NCBI GenBank assembly: GCA_017507765.1
Contig: JAFWAG010000062.1
Location: 1-52,953, forward strand
Origin: Alphaproteobacteria bacterium
Lineage (GTDB): Bacteria > Pseudomonadota > Alphaproteobacteria > CACZRW01
DNA length: 52,953 bases
Reading direction: 5' to 3'
In this document: piece by piece, positions 1 to 7,984 of the stretch
How the letters are laid out: each line of letters starts with the position of its first letter
Position numbering within the stretch: position 1 is the first letter of the stretch
The notes under the pieces: generated by a model
Seen by the model: only the letters and a program-made list of their open reading frames with translations
Database searches by the model: none
What the model was told of the DNA's origin: nothing
Position numbers and translations under genes: made by a program

Positions 1-245
1 GTAATCTCTACACCGATATCCGTTGGCTCAAGAACCGTTGTGCCTATCGTAATGCTTTCCTTTTTATCCGCAATATATTCCGTGGCGGCATTCTTTAATA
101 AAAGTAAGGTGTTGGCTTCGTTGATGTTGTCTATATCTTCGCGGCGGTCGGTAACGTGCTTATATAATACCGGAGTTAGTGAAGCTATCAGACCTAACAT
201 GATTATTGCTTCAACTGTAAGGCTACCTTTTTGAGTACGGTTCAT
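1..245 (-). CDS. Type IV pilin-like protein (PilV/minor-pilin-like N-terminus); runs off the left edge, so the 3' part is missing
   Basis: Not in the ORF track. Manual translation from ATG at 245 gives MNRTQKG|SLTVEAIIMLGLIASLTPVLYKH...KNAATEYIADKKESI with no stop before position 1. It has a class III signal (basic leader, Gly at -1, Glu at +5, hydrophobic helix) and a GAGGAG RBS just upstream. Confidence 0.75.
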   Translation of the reverse strand, partial: MNRTQKGSLTVEAIIMLGLIASLTPVLYKHVTDRREDIDNINEANTLLLLKNAATEYIADKKESITIGTTVLEPTDIGVEI

Positions 246-267
246 CGGTTTGCTCCTCTTTAAATGA

Positions 268-407
268 CTGGGAGCTAGAACACCGCACAAAATCGGCACA
301 AGGTTTTTAATACTAAGTATCTGGACATGACCTTGTCTCCCAGACATTCTGGAAAAACAAAGCATTACCTTTGACTATCGTTTTTGTGTGGGCGTTCTAA
401 TTCCCAT
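268..407 (+). ncRNA. Candidate structured RNA, 6S (SsrS)-like rod with a central bubble
   Basis: 269-303 pairs imperfectly with 368-406 (UGGGAG/UUCCCA, UAGAAC/GUUCUA, GCACAAAA/UUUUGUGU, AAGG/CCUU). AU-rich unpaired strands lie at about 304-319 and 346-367, with an apical hairpin at 320-345. G-U pairs favour the + strand. No covariance model was run. Confidence 0.4.
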
Positions 408-431
408 CTTTGCCTTATCGAACAAAGATGG
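404..431. terminator. 9-bp inverted repeat hairpin, possible terminator
   Basis: CCATCTTTG (404-412) and CAAAGATGG (423-431). No T-tract follows the stem on either strand, so terminator function is uncertain. Confidence 0.3.
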
Positions 432-481
432 AAAAAGTATATAAATAAAATATCGGCAAAACAACCATAAAACAGAAGGGC

Positions 482-1225
482 TTATATCTCTTGCCAATGA
501 AGGTGTAAAAGGGCGGCGGTTTTGTCGCTTCCTTTGATGCTCAGCTGATGAAAAGTTTCCAAACCGGAAATCATGCTTTGCGCGCTGAGAGTTTCTCCTA
601 ATTTGGTTTCATTTTTAAAGTTAATGGCTATTTCGGACGGGATTTTGCCTTGGCGAAAATCACTTGGTACCGAGTCCAAAGCAAAAGCCGGATAAACCGC
701 ATTGTTTACGTGCTGATTGACGTCTAAGTCATCATAGCGGGTGGTAAGCTCGGTAACAAAGTCAACGTGCTCCGGTGGCTGTATTTTGGGAAAATCCGGC
801 GGCAGAACGTGCTCGTCTATGGTGTTAAAATCAGGCATGATTTTCTTATAAACCAACGGCTTTTTAGTGGCGATATCAATTAAAACCCACCGGCTGGTTG
901 CGAAAATCATATCTTTGCCGTCTTTGTCGGTTACCCGAAAATCTCTTATCCCGTAAAGAGGTGTACCTGCACTTGGCCAGGTTTCTATGGTCAAATTGTC
1001 GCCACGATGCGGAAAAGCCAGAAACTTTACCCGATAGTCAACGGCTATCCACCCAATGTTGTGTTCGGTAAGATAATCATAACCAATCGCTGCGCTTTCA
1101 ATGTTTGCTTCGGCAGCAGATTGGAAAAAATTGAATAAAGCCGAAATCTTTAAATGGTCGTTCGGATCGCATTCATAAGTACGAACTTGATAAGATAATT
1201 TCTGTTTCTTTAAGGAAAGAGCCAT
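482..1225 (-). CDS. Acyl-ACP thioesterase (FatA/B-like double hot-dog)
   Basis: Motifs VRTYECDPNDHLK, LTIETWP and DLDVNQHVNNAVY. The ATG at 1225 is preferred over the track start at 1288. Confidence 0.85.
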   Translation of the reverse strand: MALSLKKQKLSYQVRTYECDPNDHLKISALFNFFQSAAEANIESAAIGYDYLTEHNIGWIAVDYRVKFLAFPHRGDNLTIETWPSAGTPLYGIRDFRVTDKDGKDMIFATSRWVLIDIATKKPLVYKKIMPDFNTIDEHVLPPDFPKIQPPEHVDFVTELTTRYDDLDVNQHVNNAVYPAFALDSVPSDFRQGKIPSEIAINFKNETKLGETLSAQSMISGLETFHQLSIKGSDKTAALLHLHWQEI

Positions 1226-1451
1226 CTTCTTTTTGCCTTTTACTTTTGGATTAGCAAAGATTCTTAACGAATAAGCAGATTTTTGCAAGAAATTGCTTAA
1301 ACTTTTTATGATTTTAAACGATAGAAATGATGTATGAAAATGGATTTAAGTTTAATAAGTTAAACTTAAAATAAAAAAACATAAAATAAGTTTATTTTTG
1401 TCGTTTTTCTATACTTAGATTGAAAAATGTTTGGGGAAATATAGTTTATTA

Positions 1452-1527
1452 TGGTGCCGGCGAGGGGACTCGAACCACCGACCTACTGATTACGAATCAG
1501 TTACTCTACCAACTGAGCTACGCCGGC
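1452..1527 (-). tRNA. tRNA-Thr (anticodon CGT), 76 nt, CCA encoded
   Basis: GCCGGCG/CGCCGGC acceptor stem, anticodon arm ACTGA-TTCGTAA-TCAGT, T-loop TTCGAGT, 3' ACCA. Confidence 0.97.
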
Positions 1528-1583
1528 ACAATTTTTTAGAAGAAGTATTCATATACATTTTTTACACAAAGTGCAAGAAAACT

Positions 1584-2798
1584 TTATTGATACCGTAATG
1601 CTTCTATCGGATCCAGTTTCATCGCTTTGTAGGCAGGAATAATACCGGAAAGAACGCCGACAATAACCGCTACGCTGAACGACAGGATAATAGGCCAGAT
1701 AGAAATAGGTACTTTGTATTCCATAATATAGCCGACAATCTGTGATGTGGTGATGCCGATAAACAAGCCTAAGATACTGCCCATAAAGGAAATCATTATG
1801 GATTCCGTAAGGAATTGCAGCATTATCCAACGGTTTTCTGCGCCCAAGGCTTTGCGGATACCGATTTCCCGTGTGCGTTCGGTTACGGAAACCAACATCA
1901 TGTTCATAATGCCGATACTGCCGACTATCAAAGAAATTGAAGCAATGGCGGCAAGCAAGATGGATAAAACCAAGCCGACGGTTTTAATCGTATTTACCAT
2001 GGCGGTCATATTCATAACTTCAAAGTCGTCATCGTGTCCTTCTTTGATGTTATGACGGGAGCGAAGGAGCATTTTTACCCGATTGGCGGCGGCTTCTAAG
2101 TCTTCGTCGTCGGCGACTTTAATATAGCCGAAGTGGACTCTGTCCGGAATGCGGGAGCCTTGAATTCTTTGGCGTACCGTTGTGTAGGGCATTAAAATAA
2201 CATCGTCTTGGTCGTTACCCATTAAATCTTGTCCTTTGGAGGCAAGCAAGCCGACAACTTTAAACGGGACGTTTTTAATGCGTATGGTTTGACCGACCGG
2301 ATCAGCAAAACCAAATAATTCATTAGCGGTGGTGGAACCGATAAGAACATAGGGAGAGGCGGATTTAACGTCTTTTTCCGTAAAGGGTTCGCCACGTTCT
2401 ATTTCCCATTTATTTACCGTAATTAAGTCCGGAGTAGTGCCGCGAATGGATACCGCCCAGTTGTTGGCTCCGTAAACACCTTGTGCCGTTGCTCTGACTA
2501 TCGGAGCGGCAGCTTCGACACCTCGTAAGGTTTTGGTCGCTTCTACGTCGGCGGCAGTTATAGAGGGACGCTGGCCGCTTTTTATGCCCGAAGTAACAAC
2601 AAAAGACGGGTGAATCATTAAAAGATTGCCGCCCATAGAGGCAAAACTGTTGTTAATTACCAAGGATACCGTTTGACCGGCGGCAACCATCATGACTACC
2701 GCACTGACACCAATGATAATGCCTAAGGTGGTTAAAAAACTCCGGAGCTTGTGCGAAGAAAGAGAAAGCCAAGCTTCTTTGATAATCAGCCATATCAT
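1584..2798 (-). CDS. MacB/FtsX-family ABC permease
   Basis: LRSFLTTLGIIIGV first TM, large periplasmic domain, GIMNMMLVSVTERTREIGIRKALGA, terminal LDPIEALRYQ. Confidence 0.9.
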   Translation of the reverse strand: MIWLIIKEAWLSLSSHKLRSFLTTLGIIIGVSAVVMMVAAGQTVSLVINNSFASMGGNLLMIHPSFVVTSGIKSGQRPSITAADVEATKTLRGVEAAAPIVRATAQGVYGANNWAVSIRGTTPDLITVNKWEIERGEPFTEKDVKSASPYVLIGSTTANELFGFADPVGQTIRIKNVPFKVVGLLASKGQDLMGNDQDDVILMPYTTVRQRIQGSRIPDRVHFGYIKVADDEDLEAAANRVKMLLRSRHNIKEGHDDDFEVMNMTAMVNTIKTVGLVLSILLAAIASISLIVGSIGIMNMMLVSVTERTREIGIRKALGAENRWIMLQFLTESIMISFMGSILGLFIGITTSQIVGYIMEYKVPISIWPIILSFSVAVIVGVLSGIIPAYKAMKLDPIEALRYQ

Positions 2799-3505
2799 GA
2801 CGTTCTCTCCATATAAGCACGGACGCTGCCGTCGTATTCTTTTTGGCCGTCGCTTATCCGAATAAGGCGGTCGGCATACATTGCTACGTCCGGTTCGTGG
2901 GTGACCAAAACAATGGTTTTGCCGTCTTTGTTAAGTTCGGTAAACAAGGTCATTATTTCATCACTGGTTTTACTGTCCAGATTACCGGTCGGTTCGTCCG
3001 CAAATATTATCTGCGGTTCGTTTACCAAAGCTCTGGCAATGGCTACTCTTTGCTGCATACCACCGGAAAGTTGGTTCGGCATACGGTCTTCATAGCCGTC
3101 AAGATTCATCTTGCGGATATAAACCATGGCTCTTTCCCGCCGATAAGCATCGTTCTTTCCGGCGTAAATCAAGGGAAGTGAAACATTGTCGGCAATGGAA
3201 CGCCGCATTAAAAGATTGAAGTTTTGAAAAACAAAACCGATTTTAGAGTTACGGACGGCGGCAAGCTGATTGTCGTTTAAGCCGGAAACTTCTTTGCCGT
3301 CAAGGACATAGGAGCCTTCTGTCGGGCGGTCAAGACAGCCCAAGATGTTCATAAGGGTAGATTTGCCGGAACCGGAAGGACCCATAATTGCGACAAACTC
3401 TCCTTTTTGGACGGAAAAGTTTACGTCTTTAAGAACCTTTTGTTCCAAGCCTCCGTCCATAAAATAGCTTTTATAAAGGCGGCTGATGTCAATTACGTTT
3501 CCCAT
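2795..3505 (-). CDS. ABC ATP-binding protein (MacB/LolD-like)
   Basis: Walker A GPSGSGKS, signature LSGGMQQRV, Walker B ADEPTGNLD, H-loop VTHE. Confidence 0.92.
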   Translation of the reverse strand: MGNVIDISRLYKSYFMDGGLEQKVLKDVNFSVQKGEFVAIMGPSGSGKSTLMNILGCLDRPTEGSYVLDGKEVSGLNDNQLAAVRNSKIGFVFQNFNLLMRRSIADNVSLPLIYAGKNDAYRRERAMVYIRKMNLDGYEDRMPNQLSGGMQQRVAIARALVNEPQIIFADEPTGNLDSKTSDEIMTLFTELNKDGKTIVLVTHEPDVAMYADRLIRISDGQKEYDGSVRAYMERTS

Positions 3506-3523
3506 TGGCTTTTCCTTTGCCGA

Positions 3524-4669
3524 CTACATACGAGGAGGGTGGTTTTTACCGGACTTTTTCACACCGCTTTCAATGTATTCGGAAATGATTTTTTCCCCTT
3601 CGTTTAAGCCGGAAAGAACCTCGGTAAAGCTGTCATCGGAAAGACCGGTGGTGATGACAACAGGGTCAATCTTATTACCGTTTAATTTGTAAACTACGGC
3701 TTCTTCGTATTTCAATCCGGAAGGCGGACGGGACGATACATAGCTGCGAAGATTGGGCGGAAGCTTAAATTGCAAGGCGCTTTTTGGAATAACGGGAACG
3801 TTTTCCTTCTTATCTACGCTGATATTTACGAAAGCCGTCATGCCGGGAAGAAGCTGTTTGTTTTGGTTTTCAATGTTGATGATAACCGTATAGATAACAA
3901 CGTTGGATTCCGTAGACGGATTTAAGCGAATTTGCCCGATTTCACCTTTGAAGGTATGGGCGGGATAAGCATCAACCGTAAACTCTGCCGCCATGCCGCT
4001 TTTTATCATACCGATATCTGCTTCGGAAATGCTGGTTTCTATCTGCATTTTGGTTAAATCCTCGGCGATTTTAAATAACGTCGGAGTCGAAAGACTGGCG
4101 GCTACGGTTTGCCCCACTTCAACTTCTTTGGAAATAATGGTGCCGTCAACCGGAGAGGTTATCCGAGCATAGCCAAGGTTACGGTTGGATTTATTGGCTG
4201 CCGCAACTGCCGAGTCATATGCGTATTGAGCATTCGCAAGGGCAATTTCGTATTCTTTAAGCTCGGTTTGGGAAATATAGCCTTCTTTGAACAGCTTTTG
4301 ATTCCGCTGGAAATTAAGTTTCGCAATTTTAAGCTTGGAAGAAGCCGTGTTAAGGTTGGATTGCTTTTCTTTGGCGTCTTCGCTTAAAAGGTATTTATCC
4401 AAAGAGGCAATAAGCTGTCCTTCTTTTACTTCGTCGTTATAATCAACAAATATTTCTTCGATAATGCCGGAAACTTGGGTGCCGACTTCAACAACGTTGC
4501 GAGGTTCTATCGTGCCGGACGAGGAAATCTGTTTATGGACAGAGCCTTTTTCAACTTTGACCATGTCAAGCTTGCCGGATATGTCGTCTTTTGCCGGTTT
4601 GTAGTAAAAGAAATAAGCAGAGGCTCCGGCGATACCAAGGATAATCAGCAGAATTAAAATCTTTTTCAT
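3524..4669 (-). CDS. MacA-like periplasmic adaptor (membrane fusion protein)
   Basis: N-terminal TM anchor, VEVGTQVSGII, coiled-coil hairpin, ITSPVDGTII, LLPGMTAFV. Start MKKILI at 4669 sits 1 nt after the upstream stop. Confidence 0.88.
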   Translation of the reverse strand: MKKILILLIILGIAGASAYFFYYKPAKDDISGKLDMVKVEKGSVHKQISSSGTIEPRNVVEVGTQVSGIIEEIFVDYNDEVKEGQLIASLDKYLLSEDAKEKQSNLNTASSKLKIAKLNFQRNQKLFKEGYISQTELKEYEIALANAQYAYDSAVAAANKSNRNLGYARITSPVDGTIISKEVEVGQTVAASLSTPTLFKIAEDLTKMQIETSISEADIGMIKSGMAAEFTVDAYPAHTFKGEIGQIRLNPSTESNVVIYTVIINIENQNKQLLPGMTAFVNISVDKKENVPVIPKSALQFKLPPNLRSYVSSRPPSGLKYEEAVVYKLNGNKIDPVVITTGLSDDSFTEVLSGLNEGEKIISEYIESGVKKSGKNHPPRM

Positions 4670-4670
4670 G

Positions 4671-6041
4671 TTATATCTCCATACTGCCAACTGAGCGTAG
4701 CAAATCGTTTTTGGTTAAAAGAAGATTGTAAAGCGCAGAGGTCTTTTCTTTGCGAGCTTCCGCCAGTTTGTATTGGGCGTTCAAAAGGTCAATAATGTTG
4801 CCTTTACCAGCTTTATAAGCCCCCATGGCTACACGTTCGTTTTCTTCGGCACTGGCAAAAAGCTTTTGGGTTATTTCGTAGTTTTTAATGCCAGTGTTAT
4901 AGTTTTGATAGCTTTTCCAAACATCAAGGCGAACAGCGCTTTCACTTTCCGCAACTCTGGCTTTCGCACTTTCATAATTATAACGCTGCTTCGTGATGTT
5001 ATAGGTGTTGCTGAAGCCCGTGAATAAAGGAACGCTTAATTTTACGCCGATGCTGCTGTTATACATCTGGCGATTGTCATCAACGTTGTCGTCTATGCCA
5101 AGGCCTCCGGTTAAAGAGATGCTTGGATAATCGCCGGCTTTGGCTTTTTCCAAAGAGGCGGCAGAAGCTTCCATGGTAGCTTTTTGCGACTGTATGTCTT
5201 GCCGTTTGGCTAAAGCTTGCGTGATGAGTTCTTCAATTTCACCCGTAAACTTGCCGTCGTCAGGATTTATTTGGATTTCTTGTAAATCCAAATCCGTATA
5301 GGCAGGAAGGTTTAAAATCTCTGCCAATTCGCCTTTGGTCTTGGCAAGAGCGTTGAATGCTTCGGTCGTGGAAAGCTGGCTTTGAGCGTACGATGTTTCC
5401 GCCTGTAATTTATCGCTTAGCCGCACAAGCCCAAGGTCAAAGCGTTTTGAAGCTATTTCATAAGATTTATGAAAAGTTTCTTCGTTTACCATGGCACTGT
5501 TTAAGATTTCACGGGCAGATAAAAGGTTATAGTAAGCGTTGATAACGGCAAAAACCGTGTCTTGCATGGCTTGATTGCGGGAGAAGTTAGCGGCTTCCAG
5601 ATTCTTTTTGGTAATGTTTACATCAGCTTCACGGCCGCCAAAATCATATAAAAGCCAAGAAAGAGATAAAGAGGCTCCCGCAGATGTAGAGTTTTGGCTT
5701 CCGCCGCCCCCTTCCTTCGTGTTGCTGTATCCGGCGTCCGCATTGCCGGTTATGTTCGGAAGATAGGAAGATAAAGAGGCTCCGTAATTGGCGGCAGAGG
5801 CTTTGGCTTCCATATAACTGCGGTTAAGGGAGGGATTGTTGCAAAGGGCAATGTCGACTAGGTCCGTTAAGGATAGCGAAAGATTGTTGATACCTTCTTT
5901 TAAGCATTTTTTCGGAGTGTCGGCGTTGCTTAAAACCTCAAATGGGTCTGAAGGTGGCGTGCTTTCTCCCTCTGCCGCACAGACATCAAAAGTACCGGCA
6001 AAAAATAAAAAAAGCGGGAGAAGAAAAAAAGCCTTTTGCAT
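4671..6041 (-). CDS. TolC-family outer membrane efflux protein
   Basis: Signal peptide, LSWLLYDFGG, LSVPLFTGF, YKAGKGNIIDLLNAQ; first gene of the efflux operon. Confidence 0.88.
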   Translation of the reverse strand: MQKAFFLLPLFLFFAGTFDVCAAEGESTPPSDPFEVLSNADTPKKCLKEGINNLSLSLTDLVDIALCNNPSLNRSYMEAKASAANYGASLSSYLPNITGNADAGYSNTKEGGGGSQNSTSAGASLSLSWLLYDFGGREADVNITKKNLEAANFSRNQAMQDTVFAVINAYYNLLSAREILNSAMVNEETFHKSYEIASKRFDLGLVRLSDKLQAETSYAQSQLSTTEAFNALAKTKGELAEILNLPAYTDLDLQEIQINPDDGKFTGEIEELITQALAKRQDIQSQKATMEASAASLEKAKAGDYPSISLTGGLGIDDNVDDNRQMYNSSIGVKLSVPLFTGFSNTYNITKQRYNYESAKARVAESESAVRLDVWKSYQNYNTGIKNYEITQKLFASAEENERVAMGAYKAGKGNIIDLLNAQYKLAEARKEKTSALYNLLLTKNDLLRSVGSMEI

Positions 6042-6156
6042 GATAGTTATCCCGATAGTTTTTTAAGTATTTAAAAGTACAAAAACATAGTTAATAAAAC
6101 GTAAGCTCTAACCCTTTAAACGAAGAAACATGAAGTTTAGTTCAAAATTATTTTTA

Positions 6157-6193
6157 TAAAAAACTCCCGGCTCTATAGAACCGGGAGAAAAAA
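6157..6193 (-). terminator. Rho-independent terminator of the PTS operon
   Basis: Minus strand CTCCCGGTTC-TATA-GAGCCGGGAG followed by a T-run, 20 nt after the ptsG stop. Confidence 0.7.
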
Positions 6194-6207
6194 GGGAAAA
6201 TCCGGCG

Positions 6208-7962
6208 TTAAAATAAAATATTTACGCCGCCGGAAACGTGCATAAGCGTTTTTATGCCGGCTTTGCGAAGAGCTTCTTCGTTGATAAGCGATGAGTTGTT
6301 TATACCTATCCGGTATTTATGATTTTTTAAATCCGTTACCGAAGTGATGTTTAAAGCTCCGCCAAGGCCGTCAACAATGCTTTCCGGCAAAAAGTCGGGT
6401 TTGGGAAAGATGTATTCATCGTCTCCGTCTTGGGAGGTTTTTAAATACTCTTCCATGTCGCTTTTAAGGTTTTCCGACAAAGTGCCGAAAATAGCCTGAA
6501 CATTGTTGCCGATTTCGACTACACCGGTTGCACCAAGTTCTTTTAAGCGGTCTTTGTTGACTTTGCTGACGTCATTGACTCCAAGGCGCAAGCGGGTAAT
6601 GCAGGCGTCCAAAGAGGCAATGTTCTGTTTGCCGCCAAAGGCTTGAACCAGACTGTGTCCCATTTCCAGTTTGTCCTGCGGCGTGTTCGCCGGCAACATC
6701 TCTTCCGAGGCGGTCAAAAGGAGGTCTTCTCTGCCCGGAGTCTGTAGCTTTAAGAGCTTGATAAGGGCGGTAAAGACAACAAAGTACAGTACGGCGTAAC
6801 AAGGTCCTAAGATAAAGACAAGCCATGGTTTGGTATCTATGGCATAATAGAGGACAAAGTCGATGGCGCCTTGCGAGAAGGTATAGCCGATATGGGCGTC
6901 CATAATGTTCATAAGCGCAAACGCCGTGCCAGTCATAATGGCGTGGACAAAGTACAGCAAAGGTGCCGCAAACAAGAAAGAAAACTCTAATGGTTCGGTG
7001 ATACCGGTTAAGAATGCGGTTAAAGCCGCAGAAACCATTATGCTTCCTACCCGTACGCGATTTTCCGGCTTTGCGGCTCGCCAAATGGCAAAGGCGGCTG
7101 CCGGAAGTCCGAACATTTTAATCAAAAATCCGCCGCTTAAGATACCGGCAGTCGGGTCGCCGGCAAAAAAGCGGTTGATGTCTCCGTGAATGATTTTGCC
7201 CGCCGGAGTAACATATTCGCCGATTTCAAAGAAGAATGGCGCATTCCAGATGTGATGCAGGCCAAACGGAAGCAAAAGTCTTTCAATGAAGCCATAGGTA
7301 GCTCCTGCTAATGCCGGATTGGAATAGGCTGCCCAGTGAGAGAACGTATCAATATAAGACTGTATCGGAGGCCAGATAATGCTTAAAACTACGCCAAGGG
7401 CAATGGCGGCAAAGCAAGTTACAATGGGTACAAAGCGTTTGCCGGCAAAGAAGCCTAAGTACGGAGGAAGGTTTATCCGATAGTATTTATTAAACATAAA
7501 GCCTGCGATACAGCCGATAAAGATGCCTCCGAAAACTCCGGTTTGAATGGTTTTAATACCGTCGACTTCGGAAATAATCTTTTGCGCAAAAGCGGCGTCA
7601 TAGCCAAACATTTCGGAAATAAGCCCCAAGGTTCCGGTGTTTGTGTACCAGAAAATATCTGCCATAACTCCCATGGTGGCTTGTAAAACCAAAAATCCGC
7701 AGACCGAAGCCAAAGCTGCTGCTCCGTCGTTGTCGGTAAGGCCAAGAGCCGTGCCTATCGCAAAAATAAGCGGCATATTATCAAAGATAACACTTCCGCT
7801 GGTTGCCATGACTTGGGGAATAACGTCCGGAATCCAAGCTATCTGGGCGTTAAGTATGCCTGTGCCGACGCCAAGAAGAATACCGGCAACCGGTAAAACC
7901 GCTACCGGAAGCATTAAGGATTTGCCGATTTTTTGCAGAAATGTAAAAATAACTTTTCCCAT
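6208..7962 (-). CDS. ptsG: PTS glucose-type EIICB with an extra C-terminal degenerate EIIB-like domain
   Basis: [47 protein letters not shown] and [12 protein letters not shown] closely follow E. coli PtsG as recalled. The start is taken as ATG at 7962. Confidence 0.88.
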   Translation of the reverse strand: MGKVIFTFLQKIGKSLMLPVAVLPVAGILLGVGTGILNAQIAWIPDVIPQVMATSGSVIFDNMPLIFAIGTALGLTDNDGAAALASVCGFLVLQATMGVMADIFWYTNTGTLGLISEMFGYDAAFAQKIISEVDGIKTIQTGVFGGIFIGCIAGFMFNKYYRINLPPYLGFFAGKRFVPIVTCFAAIALGVVLSIIWPPIQSYIDTFSHWAAYSNPALAGATYGFIERLLLPFGLHHIWNAPFFFEIGEYVTPAGKIIHGDINRFFAGDPTAGILSGGFLIKMFGLPAAAFAIWRAAKPENRVRVGSIMVSAALTAFLTGITEPLEFSFLFAAPLLYFVHAIMTGTAFALMNIMDAHIGYTFSQGAIDFVLYYAIDTKPWLVFILGPCYAVLYFVVFTALIKLLKLQTPGREDLLLTASEEMLPANTPQDKLEMGHSLVQAFGGKQNIASLDACITRLRLGVNDVSKVNKDRLKELGATGVVEIGNNVQAIFGTLSENLKSDMEEYLKTSQDGDDEYIFPKPDFLPESIVDGLGGALNITSVTDLKNHKYRIGINNSSLINEEALRKAGIKTLMHVSGGVNILF

Positions 7963-7984
7963 TTTCTTTATCCTTTTTCTGATT

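Noticed and set aside
246-481. c-di-GMP-I/II riboswitch upstream of the pilin gene
   Set aside because: On the pilin (minus) strand I could not find the GNRA tetraloop/receptor and GCAAA elements or the class II kink-turn pattern. The long rod fits other RNA classes better.
1290-1527. tRNA-Thr as an integration site for an island or prophage
   Set aside because: No integrase and no duplicated tRNA 3' end seen in the window; the flank is a simple AT-rich spacer.
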